A DNA stretch of 64,000 nucleotides from Lachnospiraceae bacterium (GTDB lineage Bacteria; Bacillota; Clostridia; Lachnospirales; Lachnospiraceae), in assembly GCA_022510725.1 (NCBI GenBank), contig JAFLSW010000010.1, positions 5,267 through 69,266 of the forward strand, written 5' to 3'. The notes beneath the pieces are model-generated. The model searched no databases and was not told where the DNA came from. It worked only from the letters and a program-made list of their open reading frames with translations. The translations under genes and the position numbers were made by a program. Positions 23,376 through 33,212 of this stretch are shown one piece after another. The number at the start of each line of letters is the position of its first letter. Position 1 is the stretch's first letter.

Positions 23376-23894
23376 ATGGCACAAAATCCTATTGTAACCA
23401 TTACCATGGAAAACGGCGATGTGATGAAGGCAGAGCTTTATCCCGACATCGCTCCCATTTCCGTCAACAATTTTATCAGCCTGATAAACAAAAACTTCTA
23501 TGATGGTCTGATCTTCCATCGGGTCATCAAAGGCTTTATGATCCAGGGCGGATGCCCTATGGGTAACGGCATGGGTGATCCCGGCTACTCTATCAAAGGA
23601 GAATTTGCAAGCAACGGTGTACAGAATGACTTAAAACATACAAGAGGCGTCCTTTCCATGGCAAGATCCATGTTTCCCAACTCCGGCGGCAGCCAATTCT
23701 TTATCATGCACAAGGACGCTCCTCATCTGGATGGCGAGTATGCTGCATTCGGCAAAGTCATAGAAGGACTGGATGTGGTGGACAAAATTGCGGAAACGCC
23801 CACAGCATCTGACCGACCTCTTACAGAGCAAAAAATAGCAACCATGACCGTAGACACTTTCGGCGTGGATTATCCTGAACCGGAAAAAATGTGA
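23376..23894 (+). CDS. Cyclophilin-type peptidyl-prolyl isomerase
   Basis: FHRVIKGFMIQGG, GSQFFI and HLDGEYAAFG motifs; GGAGG RBS before MAQNP. Confidence 0.93.
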   Translation: MAQNPIVTITMENGDVMKAELYPDIAPISVNNFISLINKNFYDGLIFHRVIKGFMIQGGCPMGNGMGDPGYSIKGEFASNGVQNDLKHTRGVLSMARSMFPNSGGSQFFIMHKDAPHLDGEYAAFGKVIEGLDVVDKIAETPTASDRPLTEQKIATMTVDTFGVDYPEPEKM

Positions 23895-24008
23895 TCGCGT
23901 CTCCAAAGTAAAAAGCAAATTATGAAAAGACACAGCAAGCCCCGGGTGGTGGAATCACCCGGGGCCCGCTTTGTATATATGAAACTAAGGGATTAGATAA
24001 ACGCAATG

Positions 24009-25763
24009 TTATTCCACATCCTGTAAGGCATCAAAGCCTTCTTCACCGGTACGGATCTTCACAACGCGGTCCACATTGTATACAAAGATCTTACCGTCAC
24101 CGATATGGCCGGTATAAAGCACTCGTTTTGCTTCTTCGATAACCTTTTCTACCGGAATCTTGCTGACAACAACCTCGATCTTTACTTTAGGCAGCAAGGT
24201 TGCATCCATCTCTACGCCACGATACATCTCGCCGGCGCCTTTTTGTACACCACAGCCCATAACCTGAGTTACGGTCATACCGGTAACCCCCAGTTCGTTT
24301 AAAGCTTTCTTTACTTTCTCGTATCTGGACAGCTTGGAAACGATCACTACCTTGTAGATGCCGGTAGGCTCTGACACTGGAGTCTGAACCACTTTGACTG
24401 CCGCATTCTTCTGTACATCGGAAGCCTCGTCGTATTCCTCTGTTCCCAGATCTGTATTTTCGTTCACATCCATAGTCATGGTATTGGAAATATCCATAAT
24501 ACTGAAGCCGGAGTAAGCAGATGCCAGACCGTGCTCGGTAGCATCCAGACCAATGATCTCCTCTTCCTCGCTGACTCTTAAACCAACGGTTGCTTTGATC
24601 AGGAAAAACACAATGGTAATGGTCACTGCTGTCCATGCCGCTACTGCTGCGAAACCGATAAGCTGTTTTCCCAACAGATCAAAGCCGCCGCCGTAGAACA
24701 AACCTGTTAAAGTATCGTTCCCCGGTGCGGAGGTAGTTGCAAAAAGACCTACTGCAATGGTACCCCAGATACCGTTTAAGCAGTGTACTGCCACAGCACC
24801 TACAGGATCGTCGATATGCAGCACATAGTCTAAGAACCAAACGCCAAATACCACCAACAGACCTGCAACGGCACCGATGATGATGGCACCTGATGCATCC
24901 GTTACATCACAGGGCGCGGTAATGGCAACCAGACCTGCCAAGGACGCATTTAAACACATGGAAACATCGGGCTTTCCATATTTGATCCAGGTAAAGATCA
25001 TACATACAACAGTAGCAATAGCCGGTGCAATGGTGGTGGTAACAAATACGGAACCAAGCTGTTCTACCGTGGTACATGCCGCACCGTTAAACCCGTACCA
25101 ACCCAGCCACAGGATGAAAACACCCAGGCAGCCCATGGGAAGATTGTGTCCGGGGAAGGCATTTACCTTTGTTATCTTGCCTTCTTTGTTTTTATTGAAC
25201 TTACCGATACGGGGTCCTAAGATCTTGGCACCCACCAAGGCGGAGATACCACCTACCATATGGATGGCACAGGAACCGGCAAAATCATGGAAGCCCATCT
25301 GGGCAAGCCAGCCGCCGCCCCAGATCCAATGTGCCTCAATGGGATAGATCAGGGCTGAGATGATACCCGAATAAACACAGTAGGATAAAAACTTTGTTCT
25401 TTCAGCCATGGCGCCGGATACGATGGTGGCAGTAGTAGCACAGAACACCAGGTTGAATACAAAATTGGACCAGTCGAAGCTTTCATATGCGGTAAAAATA
25501 TCAAAGCCGGGTTTACCGATCAGTCCTACGACATCCTCTCCTAAGAGAAGTCCAAAACCGATCAGGATAAATACCACGGTACCGATACAAAAGTCCATCA
25601 GGTTTTTCATCAGGATGTTGCCCGAGTTTTTTGCCCTGGTAAAGCCTGCCTCTACCATGGCAAATCCGGCCTGCATCCAGAATACCAGTGCTGCGCCGAT
25701 CAGAAACCAGACGCCAAACACTTCGCCGTTTACGGCACCAAAGATTTCTTCTGTCATAATCAT
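24009..25763 (-). CDS. amtB: Ammonium transporter fused to a C-terminal PII (GlnB/GlnK) domain
   Basis: Amt motifs QAGFAMVEAG, HDFAGS and DDPVGAVAVH. PII C-terminus with GCGVQKG, YRG, LLPKVKIE and GHIGDGKIF. Confidence 0.92.
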   Translation of the reverse strand: MIMTEEIFGAVNGEVFGVWFLIGAALVFWMQAGFAMVEAGFTRAKNSGNILMKNLMDFCIGTVVFILIGFGLLLGEDVVGLIGKPGFDIFTAYESFDWSNFVFNLVFCATTATIVSGAMAERTKFLSYCVYSGIISALIYPIEAHWIWGGGWLAQMGFHDFAGSCAIHMVGGISALVGAKILGPRIGKFNKNKEGKITKVNAFPGHNLPMGCLGVFILWLGWYGFNGAACTTVEQLGSVFVTTTIAPAIATVVCMIFTWIKYGKPDVSMCLNASLAGLVAITAPCDVTDASGAIIIGAVAGLLVVFGVWFLDYVLHIDDPVGAVAVHCLNGIWGTIAVGLFATTSAPGNDTLTGLFYGGGFDLLGKQLIGFAAVAAWTAVTITIVFFLIKATVGLRVSEEEEIIGLDATEHGLASAYSGFSIMDISNTMTMDVNENTDLGTEEYDEASDVQKNAAVKVVQTPVSEPTGIYKVVIVSKLSRYEKVKKALNELGVTGMTVTQVMGCGVQKGAGEMYRGVEMDATLLPKVKIEVVVSKIPVEKVIEEAKRVLYTGHIGDGKIFVYNVDRVVKIRTGEEGFDALQDVE

Positions 25764-25774
25764 TCCTCCTCAAT

Positions 25775-25882
25775 AAAAAAATGTAAAGACTGTGTTTCCA
25801 CTTTCCACCGCTTCGTGGTAACACTGCTTTACATTCTTACAAATAAAAAAGGCGCTTAAGATTTCTCCTAAGCACCTTTGCC
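25775..25882 (-). promoter_or_regulatory. Structured amt leader with an ANTAR-like hairpin overlapping a terminator, followed by a second long hairpin and U tract
   Basis: GGC-AAAGGU-GCU (25871-25882). Terminator GGUGCUUAGG/CUUAAGCGCC-UUUUUU (25845-25876). Hairpin AAUGUAAAG...CUUUACAUU (25780-25835) before the RBS. Confidence 0.6.
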
Positions 25883-25890
25883 TGTAATGC

Positions 25891-25919
25891 AGTATATAGC
25901 AGCAAAATTTGATTGTCAA
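25891..25919 (-). promoter_or_regulatory. SigA promoter of amt-PII
   Basis: TTGACA-17 nt-TATACT. Confidence 0.8.
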
Positions 25920-26239
25920 TGCTCAATTTTTGAAAATTTTTATCCTATCCTCTCCTTTTTTTGTGCATATTTATGGTATTGTTCAAAATTTGTTCATAAT
26001 TCTTTTAAAGTTTTTTAATTTACATAACATCTTTTATCCATTTCTTCCCCGTATACTAAAGCTATAAAATAAGTGTTATGGTTATCGAAACTTTTTCATA
26101 ATATGTGCCGGATGTTACATCATCCGGCATCCTCCCTTTTTTATTAATATCGAATCCCCTTTTGCTGCGTAAGTGACGCAGCAAACAAAAAAGAAGCGGT
26201 CATGTTTCCATCACCGCTTCTTTTATGTATTGTCTGAAA

Positions 26240-27103
26240 TTAAGCTTTTCCAACGGAACCGAATAATTCCATTTTCTCTTTTACTTTTGCCTTGATCGCA
26301 TCAAAGCCGGGTGCAAGAAGCTTACGAGGATCGAAGCCTTTGCCTTCCTGATCTTTGCCTGCTTCAATATATTTGCGGGTAGCTTCAGCAAATACCAGCT
26401 GGCACTCTGTATTCACATTGATCTTAGCAACACCTAAGGAGATTGCTTTTTTGATCATGTCATCCGGAATACCTGTACCACCGTGAAGAACCAAAGGAAG
26501 ATCACCTGTCTTCTGCTGGATGGCATCCAGAACATCAAACTGTAAGCCTGCCCAGTTCTCAGGATATTTACCGTGGATGTTACCGATACCTGCTGCCAAA
26601 AAGTCAATGCCCAGGTCAGCGATTCTCTTGCACTCATCGGGATCTGCGCACTCGCCCATACCAACTACGCCGTCTTCCTCGCCGCCGATGGAACCAACCT
26701 CAGCCTCGATGGAAATTCCTTTTGCATGTGCTGCTGCAACCAGTTCTTTGGTCTTCTCGATGTTTTCTTCGATTGCATAGTGAGAACCATCGAACATAAC
26801 GGAAGGGAAGCCTGCTTCCATACATTTGTAGCAGTGATCATAAGAACCGTGGTCAAGATGTACTGCTACGGGAACTGTGATGTTCTGATCTTTGATCAGA
26901 CCGTTTACCATACCCATAACTACATCATAACCGCCCATGTATTTTCCTGCGCCTTCAGATACACCGAGGATAACAGGGGAGTTACACTCCTGAGCAGTTA
27001 ATAAGATTGCTTTTGTCCACTCTAAGTTGTTGATGTTGAACTGTCCAACTGCATAGTGGCCTGCTTTTGCTTTTTTGAGCATTTCTGTTGCTGATACTAA
27101 CAT
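26240..27103 (-). CDS. fba: Class II fructose-1,6-bisphosphate aldolase
   Basis: HLDHG, IGNIHG and LVLHGGTG zinc-binding motifs. Confidence 0.95.
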   Translation of the reverse strand: MLVSATEMLKKAKAGHYAVGQFNINNLEWTKAILLTAQECNSPVILGVSEGAGKYMGGYDVVMGMVNGLIKDQNITVPVAVHLDHGSYDHCYKCMEAGFPSVMFDGSHYAIEENIEKTKELVAAAHAKGISIEAEVGSIGGEEDGVVGMGECADPDECKRIADLGIDFLAAGIGNIHGKYPENWAGLQFDVLDAIQQKTGDLPLVLHGGTGIPDDMIKKAISLGVAKINVNTECQLVFAEATRKYIEAGKDQEGKGFDPRKLLAPGFDAIKAKVKEKMELFGSVGKA

Positions 27104-27194
27104 TTCTCTACCTCCATTTTATGATTTAATAAAATAATAACATTATCGCTGTCCTTAATTATACCTTATCTTTTTTTAAAAAGAAAGATGGTTT

Positions 27195-28091
27195 TTACTT
27201 TTTATCCGGAATCCTGAGGCGCAGTCCTTTATATTCGTTTTGAATGGTCACATCTTTGTGCTTTCCGCCGTATTCTCCGTCCAGAGTCCAGGGAATCATT
27301 TCGTCCGCTTCAATGGTGATCCGCCTAGTCTTAAAGCAATGCATATAATCGCTGTGAATCTTGCGGCCCAAGAGGGATGTAACGATCAGGTTCAGCTCGA
27401 TCATGTTGTAGGGCATTTTGATCAGGGTCACTTCGAACAGCCCATCGCTGAGATCCACATTTTTTCCGGTAATACCGGTAAAACCACCTACGGAGCTGGA
27501 GTTGGTGACCATGCCGAAGAGATAATCCCCTTCCACTGTCATCTCATCACTGCTTACCCTTAAGTGGTAGCAGGGAATGGCACTGATCCGCTTTGCTCCT
27601 TCCAAAAGATAAGCCAGATGCCCCAGCACATTTTTGATCTGCTGCTTGGTCTCATAAGGCACATCCGTAAACAGTCCGAAAGCCGCAATATAGACAAAGA
27701 TATCATCATTAAAGGAACCGACATCAAAGCCCTGGTCTTTTCCCATGACGATATCCATGGCCGCCTTCTGCATATTGCTGGATATTTTTAAGCTCCTTGC
27801 AAAATCATTGGTTGTACCGGCAGGCACATAGCCGATGGGGATCCGGTCCGTCCGCTGCATCATGCCGGTAACCACTTCATCCAGGGTACCGTCACCGCCA
27901 CTGCAGACCACCAGCTCATAATCGCCGCTTCGGTTGATCACCGCTTCCTTGGCATCGCCCTGTTTCTGAGTAGGCCTTGCGGTAACTGTATAGCCTGCCT
28001 TGGTAAAAATATCGATGATATCCAAAAGATTACTTCTGATCTGTGCCTTTCCCGCATGGGGATTGTATACAAACAATAATTTTCTTTCCAT
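27195..28091 (-). CDS. Diacylglycerol kinase family lipid kinase (YegS/BmrU-like)
   Basis: YNPHAG, GGDGT, PAGTTNDFA and LDGE motifs. Confidence 0.88.
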   Translation of the reverse strand: MERKLLFVYNPHAGKAQIRSNLLDIIDIFTKAGYTVTARPTQKQGDAKEAVINRSGDYELVVCSGGDGTLDEVVTGMMQRTDRIPIGYVPAGTTNDFARSLKISSNMQKAAMDIVMGKDQGFDVGSFNDDIFVYIAAFGLFTDVPYETKQQIKNVLGHLAYLLEGAKRISAIPCYHLRVSSDEMTVEGDYLFGMVTNSSSVGGFTGITGKNVDLSDGLFEVTLIKMPYNMIELNLIVTSLLGRKIHSDYMHCFKTRRITIEADEMIPWTLDGEYGGKHKDVTIQNEYKGLRLRIPDKK

Positions 28092-28152
28092 AATGATGCC
28101 TCCAACAAAAAGGGGAACACTACCGTGTCCCCTTTATATTACACTCTCATGC

Positions 28153-28416
28153 CTACTCTTTTTCGTTGCCGCTGATATAATTCTCCAGATTAGCAACCGC
28201 TTCCGCTTCATCTTCTCCCTCAGCAATGACGGTGACTTCTTCCCCCATGTTCAGACCTAAGCTCATCATCCCCATGATGCTTTTTGCATTTACCTTCTTG
28301 CCCTCTGCTTCGATGTAGATCTTACTGTCGAACATGCTGGCTTTCTGTACCAGTACAGCTACCGGTCTGGCTTCCAGGCCATTTGCTAACTGAATTTGCA
28401 TAGATTTCTGAATCAT
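28153..28416 (-). CDS. HPr-family protein with Glu at position 15 (Crh-like)
   Basis: GLEARP in place of GLHARP; Ser46 retained in NAKSIMG. Confidence 0.88.
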   Translation of the reverse strand: MIQKSMQIQLANGLEARPVAVLVQKASMFDSKIYIEAEGKKVNAKSIMGMMSLGLNMGEEVTVIAEGEDEAEAVANLENYISGNEKE

Positions 28417-28427
28417 TTTTACGCCTC

Positions 28428-29375
28428 CTAATTCAATCTTAATCTCTCTGCAAGCTCACTTAATTTTCGTAATCTGTGATTAACGCCTGATTTTCCCACA
28501 GGCGGATCAGACAATTCTGATAATTCCTTTAGCGTTGCATCCGGATGATCCAGCCGGAGCTTTGCCATCTGGCGCAGGCTTTCCGGCATTCCCGAAAATC
28601 CTACCTTTTCTTTTAAATACATAATATCTTCAACCTGCTTCGCCGCAGCATTTACTGTCTTGGTAATATTTGCCGCTTCACAGTTTACCCGCCGGTTAAT
28701 GGAGTTGCGCACTTCCTTTACCACCCGGGTACTTTCCAATTCCATCAAAGCCCTGTGTGCTCCCATCAGACCAAGCAGTTCTACAATGGCTTCCCCATCT
28801 TTGATATAGACCACAAAGTACTTTTTGCGAAGTACCTCTTTGGCCTCAATGGAAAGCTCCTTTAAAATATGGATCAGCATTTCCGCCTGCTCTTCTGCCC
28901 CGCATACAAATTCCAGATGGTAACCCTTTTCCGGATTGCTCATGGAACCTGACACAAGATACGCTCCTCTTATATAGGCCCGCTTACAACAGGCATTCTT
29001 TAAAAGAACAAGGTCCGTGGTCTTTTTCACCGCTCCCATCCCTTTCGGTAGGGGAAGAAGCTTTAGCGCCAGCAGCACTTCCTCTGCCTGTCTGCTATTC
29101 TCCACCTTCACAGTGTAGACACTGCCTGCAGACCGCTGACTGCTTTTTCTGACCGAAACACTAGAGTATATATTAAATGTTTTTTTCAACAATGTAAAGC
29201 ATTTTATTGAAATTGTTTTATTTTCCGTAAAAATTCCTATGGTAGGACGATTATTTTCTGCATTTTCCACAAATCCGCAAAAGCAGAAGATCGCCGCCAA
29301 TTCTGCCAACAGACAGTGTCTTGCGCTTCCCGTTACAGAAAGCAGCTCTTCTTTTACTTCCTGAGAAAAAGACAT
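28428..29375 (-). CDS. whiA: DNA-binding protein WhiA
   Basis: MSFSQEVKEEL, YHLEF, NRRVNCEAAN and GKSGVNHRLRKL motifs. Confidence 0.93.
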   Translation of the reverse strand: MSFSQEVKEELLSVTGSARHCLLAELAAIFCFCGFVENAENNRPTIGIFTENKTISIKCFTLLKKTFNIYSSVSVRKSSQRSAGSVYTVKVENSRQAEEVLLALKLLPLPKGMGAVKKTTDLVLLKNACCKRAYIRGAYLVSGSMSNPEKGYHLEFVCGAEEQAEMLIHILKELSIEAKEVLRKKYFVVYIKDGEAIVELLGLMGAHRALMELESTRVVKEVRNSINRRVNCEAANITKTVNAAAKQVEDIMYLKEKVGFSGMPESLRQMAKLRLDHPDATLKELSELSDPPVGKSGVNHRLRKLSELAERLRLN

Positions 29376-29389
29376 GGCTCCACCTTTCC

Positions 29390-30250
29390 TCAACTGCTCC
29401 TGTCCACATCCCTGTGCATCAGGGTCAGCCCATAATCCCCCTTGTCCTTCAGCCTTTCATACAAGGCGTTGGCAAGAGTCACGCTGCGGTGTTTTCCGCC
29501 TGTACAGCCGATACAGACTACCAGACGGTATTTCCCTTCTTTTATATAGTTGGGAATTAAAAAAGACAGCATATCCGAAAGTTTTATCAAAAACTCCTCT
29601 GCTTCATCAAATCCCATAACATAATCCCTGACCATAGCATCGTTGCCTGTCAGCTGTTTTAATTCGTCCAGATAAAAAGGATTGGGCAGGAATCTGACAT
29701 CAAAGACCAGATCCGCATCCAGAGGGATCCCATATTTGAATCCAAAGGACATGACCTGTACCATCAGTGAATTATATGCTTCATTTTTGACAAATATCCG
29801 GTCCAGTTCTTCCTTTAAGTTTCTGGTGAGCAGGCTGGAGGTATCGATGACATAGTCCGCTTTTTTGCGGATCTTGCTTAAGATCTTTCTCTCCTTACGG
29901 ATACTGTCCTCCGTTCCGTTTCCTTCTATAGGATGAACCCTTCTGGTCTCTTTATACCTTTTTACCAGGATGGAATCGGATGCATCCATGAATAAGATCT
30001 CATAGGCGATCCCGCTTTCCTTCATGGAACCCAAGGTCTTGTTGATCTCTTCAAAAGACTTATCGGACCGCACATCCAATCCCAAAGCAACTTTGGTGAT
30101 CTCACTGTTGGGAAGGGTGATCAGTTCCACAAATGTACTGATAAGGGCCGCCGGCAGATTATCCACGCAATAAAAACCGGCATCCTCTAACATCTTCATG
30201 GCAGTCCTTTTTCCGGCACCGCTCATTCCCGTTACCACTACAAATTTCAT
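29390..30250 (-). CDS. rapZ: RNase adapter RapZ/YvcJ family P-loop protein
   Basis: TGMSGAGK, DVRFLPNP and GCTGGKHRSV motifs. Confidence 0.92.
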   Translation of the reverse strand: MKFVVVTGMSGAGKRTAMKMLEDAGFYCVDNLPAALISTFVELITLPNSEITKVALGLDVRSDKSFEEINKTLGSMKESGIAYEILFMDASDSILVKRYKETRRVHPIEGNGTEDSIRKERKILSKIRKKADYVIDTSSLLTRNLKEELDRIFVKNEAYNSLMVQVMSFGFKYGIPLDADLVFDVRFLPNPFYLDELKQLTGNDAMVRDYVMGFDEAEEFLIKLSDMLSFLIPNYIKEGKYRLVVCIGCTGGKHRSVTLANALYERLKDKGDYGLTLMHRDVDRSS

Positions 30251-30275
30251 CGTACCTTCCTTTCAGACAAAGCGA

Positions 30276-31187
30276 TCAGAAATCTCCCAGGCGGACCACT
30301 TCCGGTTCCAATCTGACAGAAAACTGCTCTTCCACCTTTTCCCTTACTTCTTCCATCAGCTCATAGATATCCGCTGCAGTAGCATTTCCCAAATTCACAA
30401 TAAATCCGCAATGCTTTTCGGAAACCTGCGCCCCTCCGATCCTGCAGCCCCGCAGTCCCGCATCCATGATCAGCTTTCCGGCAAAATGTCCTGCCGGCCG
30501 CTTAAAGGTGCTGCCTGCGCTGGGAAGTTCCAAAGGCTGTTTGCTTCTGCGCCTTGCATTTAATTCTTCGATTTTTGCATGAATCTCTTCTGCATTTCCC
30601 TTTTTAAGCCTCATCTGTGCGGACAACACCACAAAGGGCCTGTTTTTGATAATGCTGGTGCGATAGCCAAATTCCATGGTTCCGTTATCCAGTTCCAGCA
30701 CTTCTCCATCCTTAGTCATGACCGTTACTTCCGTTACGATCTGCTGCATTTCCCCGTCATAAGCTCCGGCATTCATCACAACAGCGCCTCCTACGGTACC
30801 GGGAATGCCTGCAGCAAATTCCATGCCGGTAAGGCCGCCCGCTGCCGCCGTCTTTGCCACAGCAGAAAGCATGGCACCTGCCTGGGCAGTTACCACCTCT
30901 CCCTCAACGGAAACATCTGCAAAACGGTTCCCCAAATGAAGCACCACACCCTGATAGCCTTTATCGCCCACCAAAAGGTTGCTGCCGTTTCCCAGAATGA
31001 AAAAATCATAACCCGTCTTATGCAAATAATCGATGATCTCCCGAAGTTCCTCCTGGGAACCGATCTCCACAAAGAAATCAGCCGGCCCGCCTACCCGAAA
31101 AGTAGTATGGGCCGCCATTGGCTCATCTATTTTCACGCAGCCTTCCGGAACCTTAGAGATCAAAAACTGATACAATGTCTTATTCAA
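30276..31187 (-). CDS. murB: UDP-N-acetylmuramate dehydrogenase
   Basis: GNGSNLL, GIPGTVGGAVVMNAGAYDG and PSAGSTFKRP motifs. Confidence 0.95.
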   Translation of the reverse strand: MNKTLYQFLISKVPEGCVKIDEPMAAHTTFRVGGPADFFVEIGSQEELREIIDYLHKTGYDFFILGNGSNLLVGDKGYQGVVLHLGNRFADVSVEGEVVTAQAGAMLSAVAKTAAAGGLTGMEFAAGIPGTVGGAVVMNAGAYDGEMQQIVTEVTVMTKDGEVLELDNGTMEFGYRTSIIKNRPFVVLSAQMRLKKGNAEEIHAKIEELNARRRSKQPLELPSAGSTFKRPAGHFAGKLIMDAGLRGCRIGGAQVSEKHCGFIVNLGNATAADIYELMEEVREKVEEQFSVRLEPEVVRLGDF

Positions 31188-31235
31188 GTATCCACCTGCT
31201 GTTCTTTTTATATATGGTATGCCGCTTTCGGGCGA

Positions 31236-32183
31236 TTATGCGGTAACGGAATCCACTACCAGTTTTGCAGCACCGTAAATGCCCGCATCATTTCCTAAAG
31301 TTGCCAGGGTAAATTGTACATCCCTGCTGGCATGGAATACATAGGGGGTATAGTTTTTGCGGATATAATCAAGAAGCACATCTCCTGCTTTGGACACGCC
31401 GCCGCCGATCACAAAGGCTTCCGGGTTGATAACACAGGCAACGGATGCCAGGCCTTTGCCCAGATATTCGCCAAACTGCTCTGCGATCTCCAAAGCCGCT
31501 TCATCTCCTGCCTTTACCGCATCCCATACATCCTTGGCACTGCACTGGCCTGCCACAAGGCCGGTAGGCTTTGTATTTTTTGCCAATATCCGGTTCGCCA
31601 GACGCACCACACCGGTAGCGGATGCATACTGTTCTAAGCAGCCCTTGTTGCCACAGCCGCAGACCTCTGTTTCCCCATCGTCCACATGAATGTGCCCAAT
31701 CTCTCCTGCAGCACCTTTGGCGCCGGTTAAGATCTCTCCGTCCATGATGATGCCGCCGCCGACACCGGTCCCCAGCGTTACCATGACAATGCTTTCATAA
31801 CCCTGTCCGCCGCCTTTCCACATCTCGCCCAAAGCAGCCACATTGGCATCATTGCCGCTTCTTGTGGGAATGCCCAGAAGCTTCTCCAGCTCTTCATTTA
31901 AATTAAAGACACCCCAGCCTAAGTTCACACATTTATGTACGATTCCCTTGGCATCTACAGGGCCGGGAACACCGATTCCCACGCCTATTACCTGACTCTT
32001 TTCGATGGCCTTCTCCGAAAGCTTATCCTCCACTGCCTTTGCAATGTCCGGCAGCACATTGACACCGCCGTTTTCCGTACGGGTGGGAATTTCCCATTTT
32101 TCCAGAACATTTCCTGCCTCATCAAAAAATCCCATCTTAATGGTGGTGCCGCCTACATCTACCCCAAAACTGTACTTTGCCAT
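31236..32183 (-). CDS. glk: ROK family glucokinase
   Basis: GVDVGGT, NDANVAALGE, GTGVGGG and CGCGNKGCLE motifs. Confidence 0.88.
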   Translation of the reverse strand: MAKYSFGVDVGGTTIKMGFFDEAGNVLEKWEIPTRTENGGVNVLPDIAKAVEDKLSEKAIEKSQVIGVGIGVPGPVDAKGIVHKCVNLGWGVFNLNEELEKLLGIPTRSGNDANVAALGEMWKGGGQGYESIVMVTLGTGVGGGIIMDGEILTGAKGAAGEIGHIHVDDGETEVCGCGNKGCLEQYASATGVVRLANRILAKNTKPTGLVAGQCSAKDVWDAVKAGDEAALEIAEQFGEYLGKGLASVACVINPEAFVIGGGVSKAGDVLLDYIRKNYTPYVFHASRDVQFTLATLGNDAGIYGAAKLVVDSVTA

Positions 32184-32196
32184 GCCTCAACTCTCC

Positions 32197-33129
32197 TTAA
32201 TCTTCCCTTTTCTTTGCCAGATTGCTTTGTACCCTTGCATATAATTCCTGCGCTGCATTGTATCCCATCTTCTTCTGACGATGATTTACCGCCGCAGACT
32301 CACAGATCACTGCCAGATTCCGACCCGGACGGATAGGAATGCTGTGGCAGATCAGCTTATTGCCCAAATACTCTGTATATTCCTCTTCCAGACCCAAACG
32401 GTCGTATTCTTTTTCTTTATTCCAGTCCTCCAGTTTGATGACCAGATCGATCTGGCTGGTCTCCTTGACGCTGGAAACACCGAACAAGGTCTTCACATCC
32501 ACAATGCCGATGCCTCGCAGTTCGATAAAGTGCTTGGTAATGGCCGGTGCGGAACCGACCAAAGTGTCGTCGCTTACCTTGCGGATCTCCACCACATCAT
32601 CGGTAACCAGACGATGTCCCCTCTTAATGAGCTCCAATGCCGCTTCGGATTTACCGATGCCGCTCTCGCCTGTGATCAGCACGCCCTCGCCAAATACATC
32701 CACCAAAACGCCATGGACGGAAATACAGGGAGCAAGCTGTACATTTAACCATCTGATGATCTCCGCCGTAAATGCGGAAGTTGCTTTCTTGGTCATCAAA
32801 AGAGGAATCTTCTTCTCCAATGCGATCTTTAAAAATAAGGGATCCGGTCTTAACTCCCGGCAGAAAACGATAACAGGGATGGGACAGGACAAAAGCTGGT
32901 TATAGATCTTTTGCTTTCTCTCATCATCCAGGCTGTTCATATAAGTGTATTCCACAAATCCAATGATCTGCAGTCTGACAGCTTCATAATGCTCAAAATA
33001 TCCTGCCAGCTGCAACGCCGGTCTGTTGATATCCGGTTGATTGATCTTCACATCGGACAGATCCAGCTCCGGTGTAAGGTTTTCCAGTTTAAATCTTTCA
33101 ATGATCTCTTCCACACTGACACTTGCCAT
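32197..33129 (-). CDS. hprK: HPr(Ser) kinase/phosphatase
   Basis: GESGIGKSE and IELRGIGI motifs. Confidence 0.96.
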   Translation of the reverse strand: MASVSVEEIIERFKLENLTPELDLSDVKINQPDINRPALQLAGYFEHYEAVRLQIIGFVEYTYMNSLDDERKQKIYNQLLSCPIPVIVFCRELRPDPLFLKIALEKKIPLLMTKKATSAFTAEIIRWLNVQLAPCISVHGVLVDVFGEGVLITGESGIGKSEAALELIKRGHRLVTDDVVEIRKVSDDTLVGSAPAITKHFIELRGIGIVDVKTLFGVSSVKETSQIDLVIKLEDWNKEKEYDRLGLEEEYTEYLGNKLICHSIPIRPGRNLAVICESAAVNHRQKKMGYNAAQELYARVQSNLAKKRED

Positions 33130-33212
33130 ACCTCAAACCCTCTCTTTACCTATAAATTCGCCATACGCCAAAAAACGGCATATCTCATCTGATTAATCAT
33201 AGCATAGTTTTT

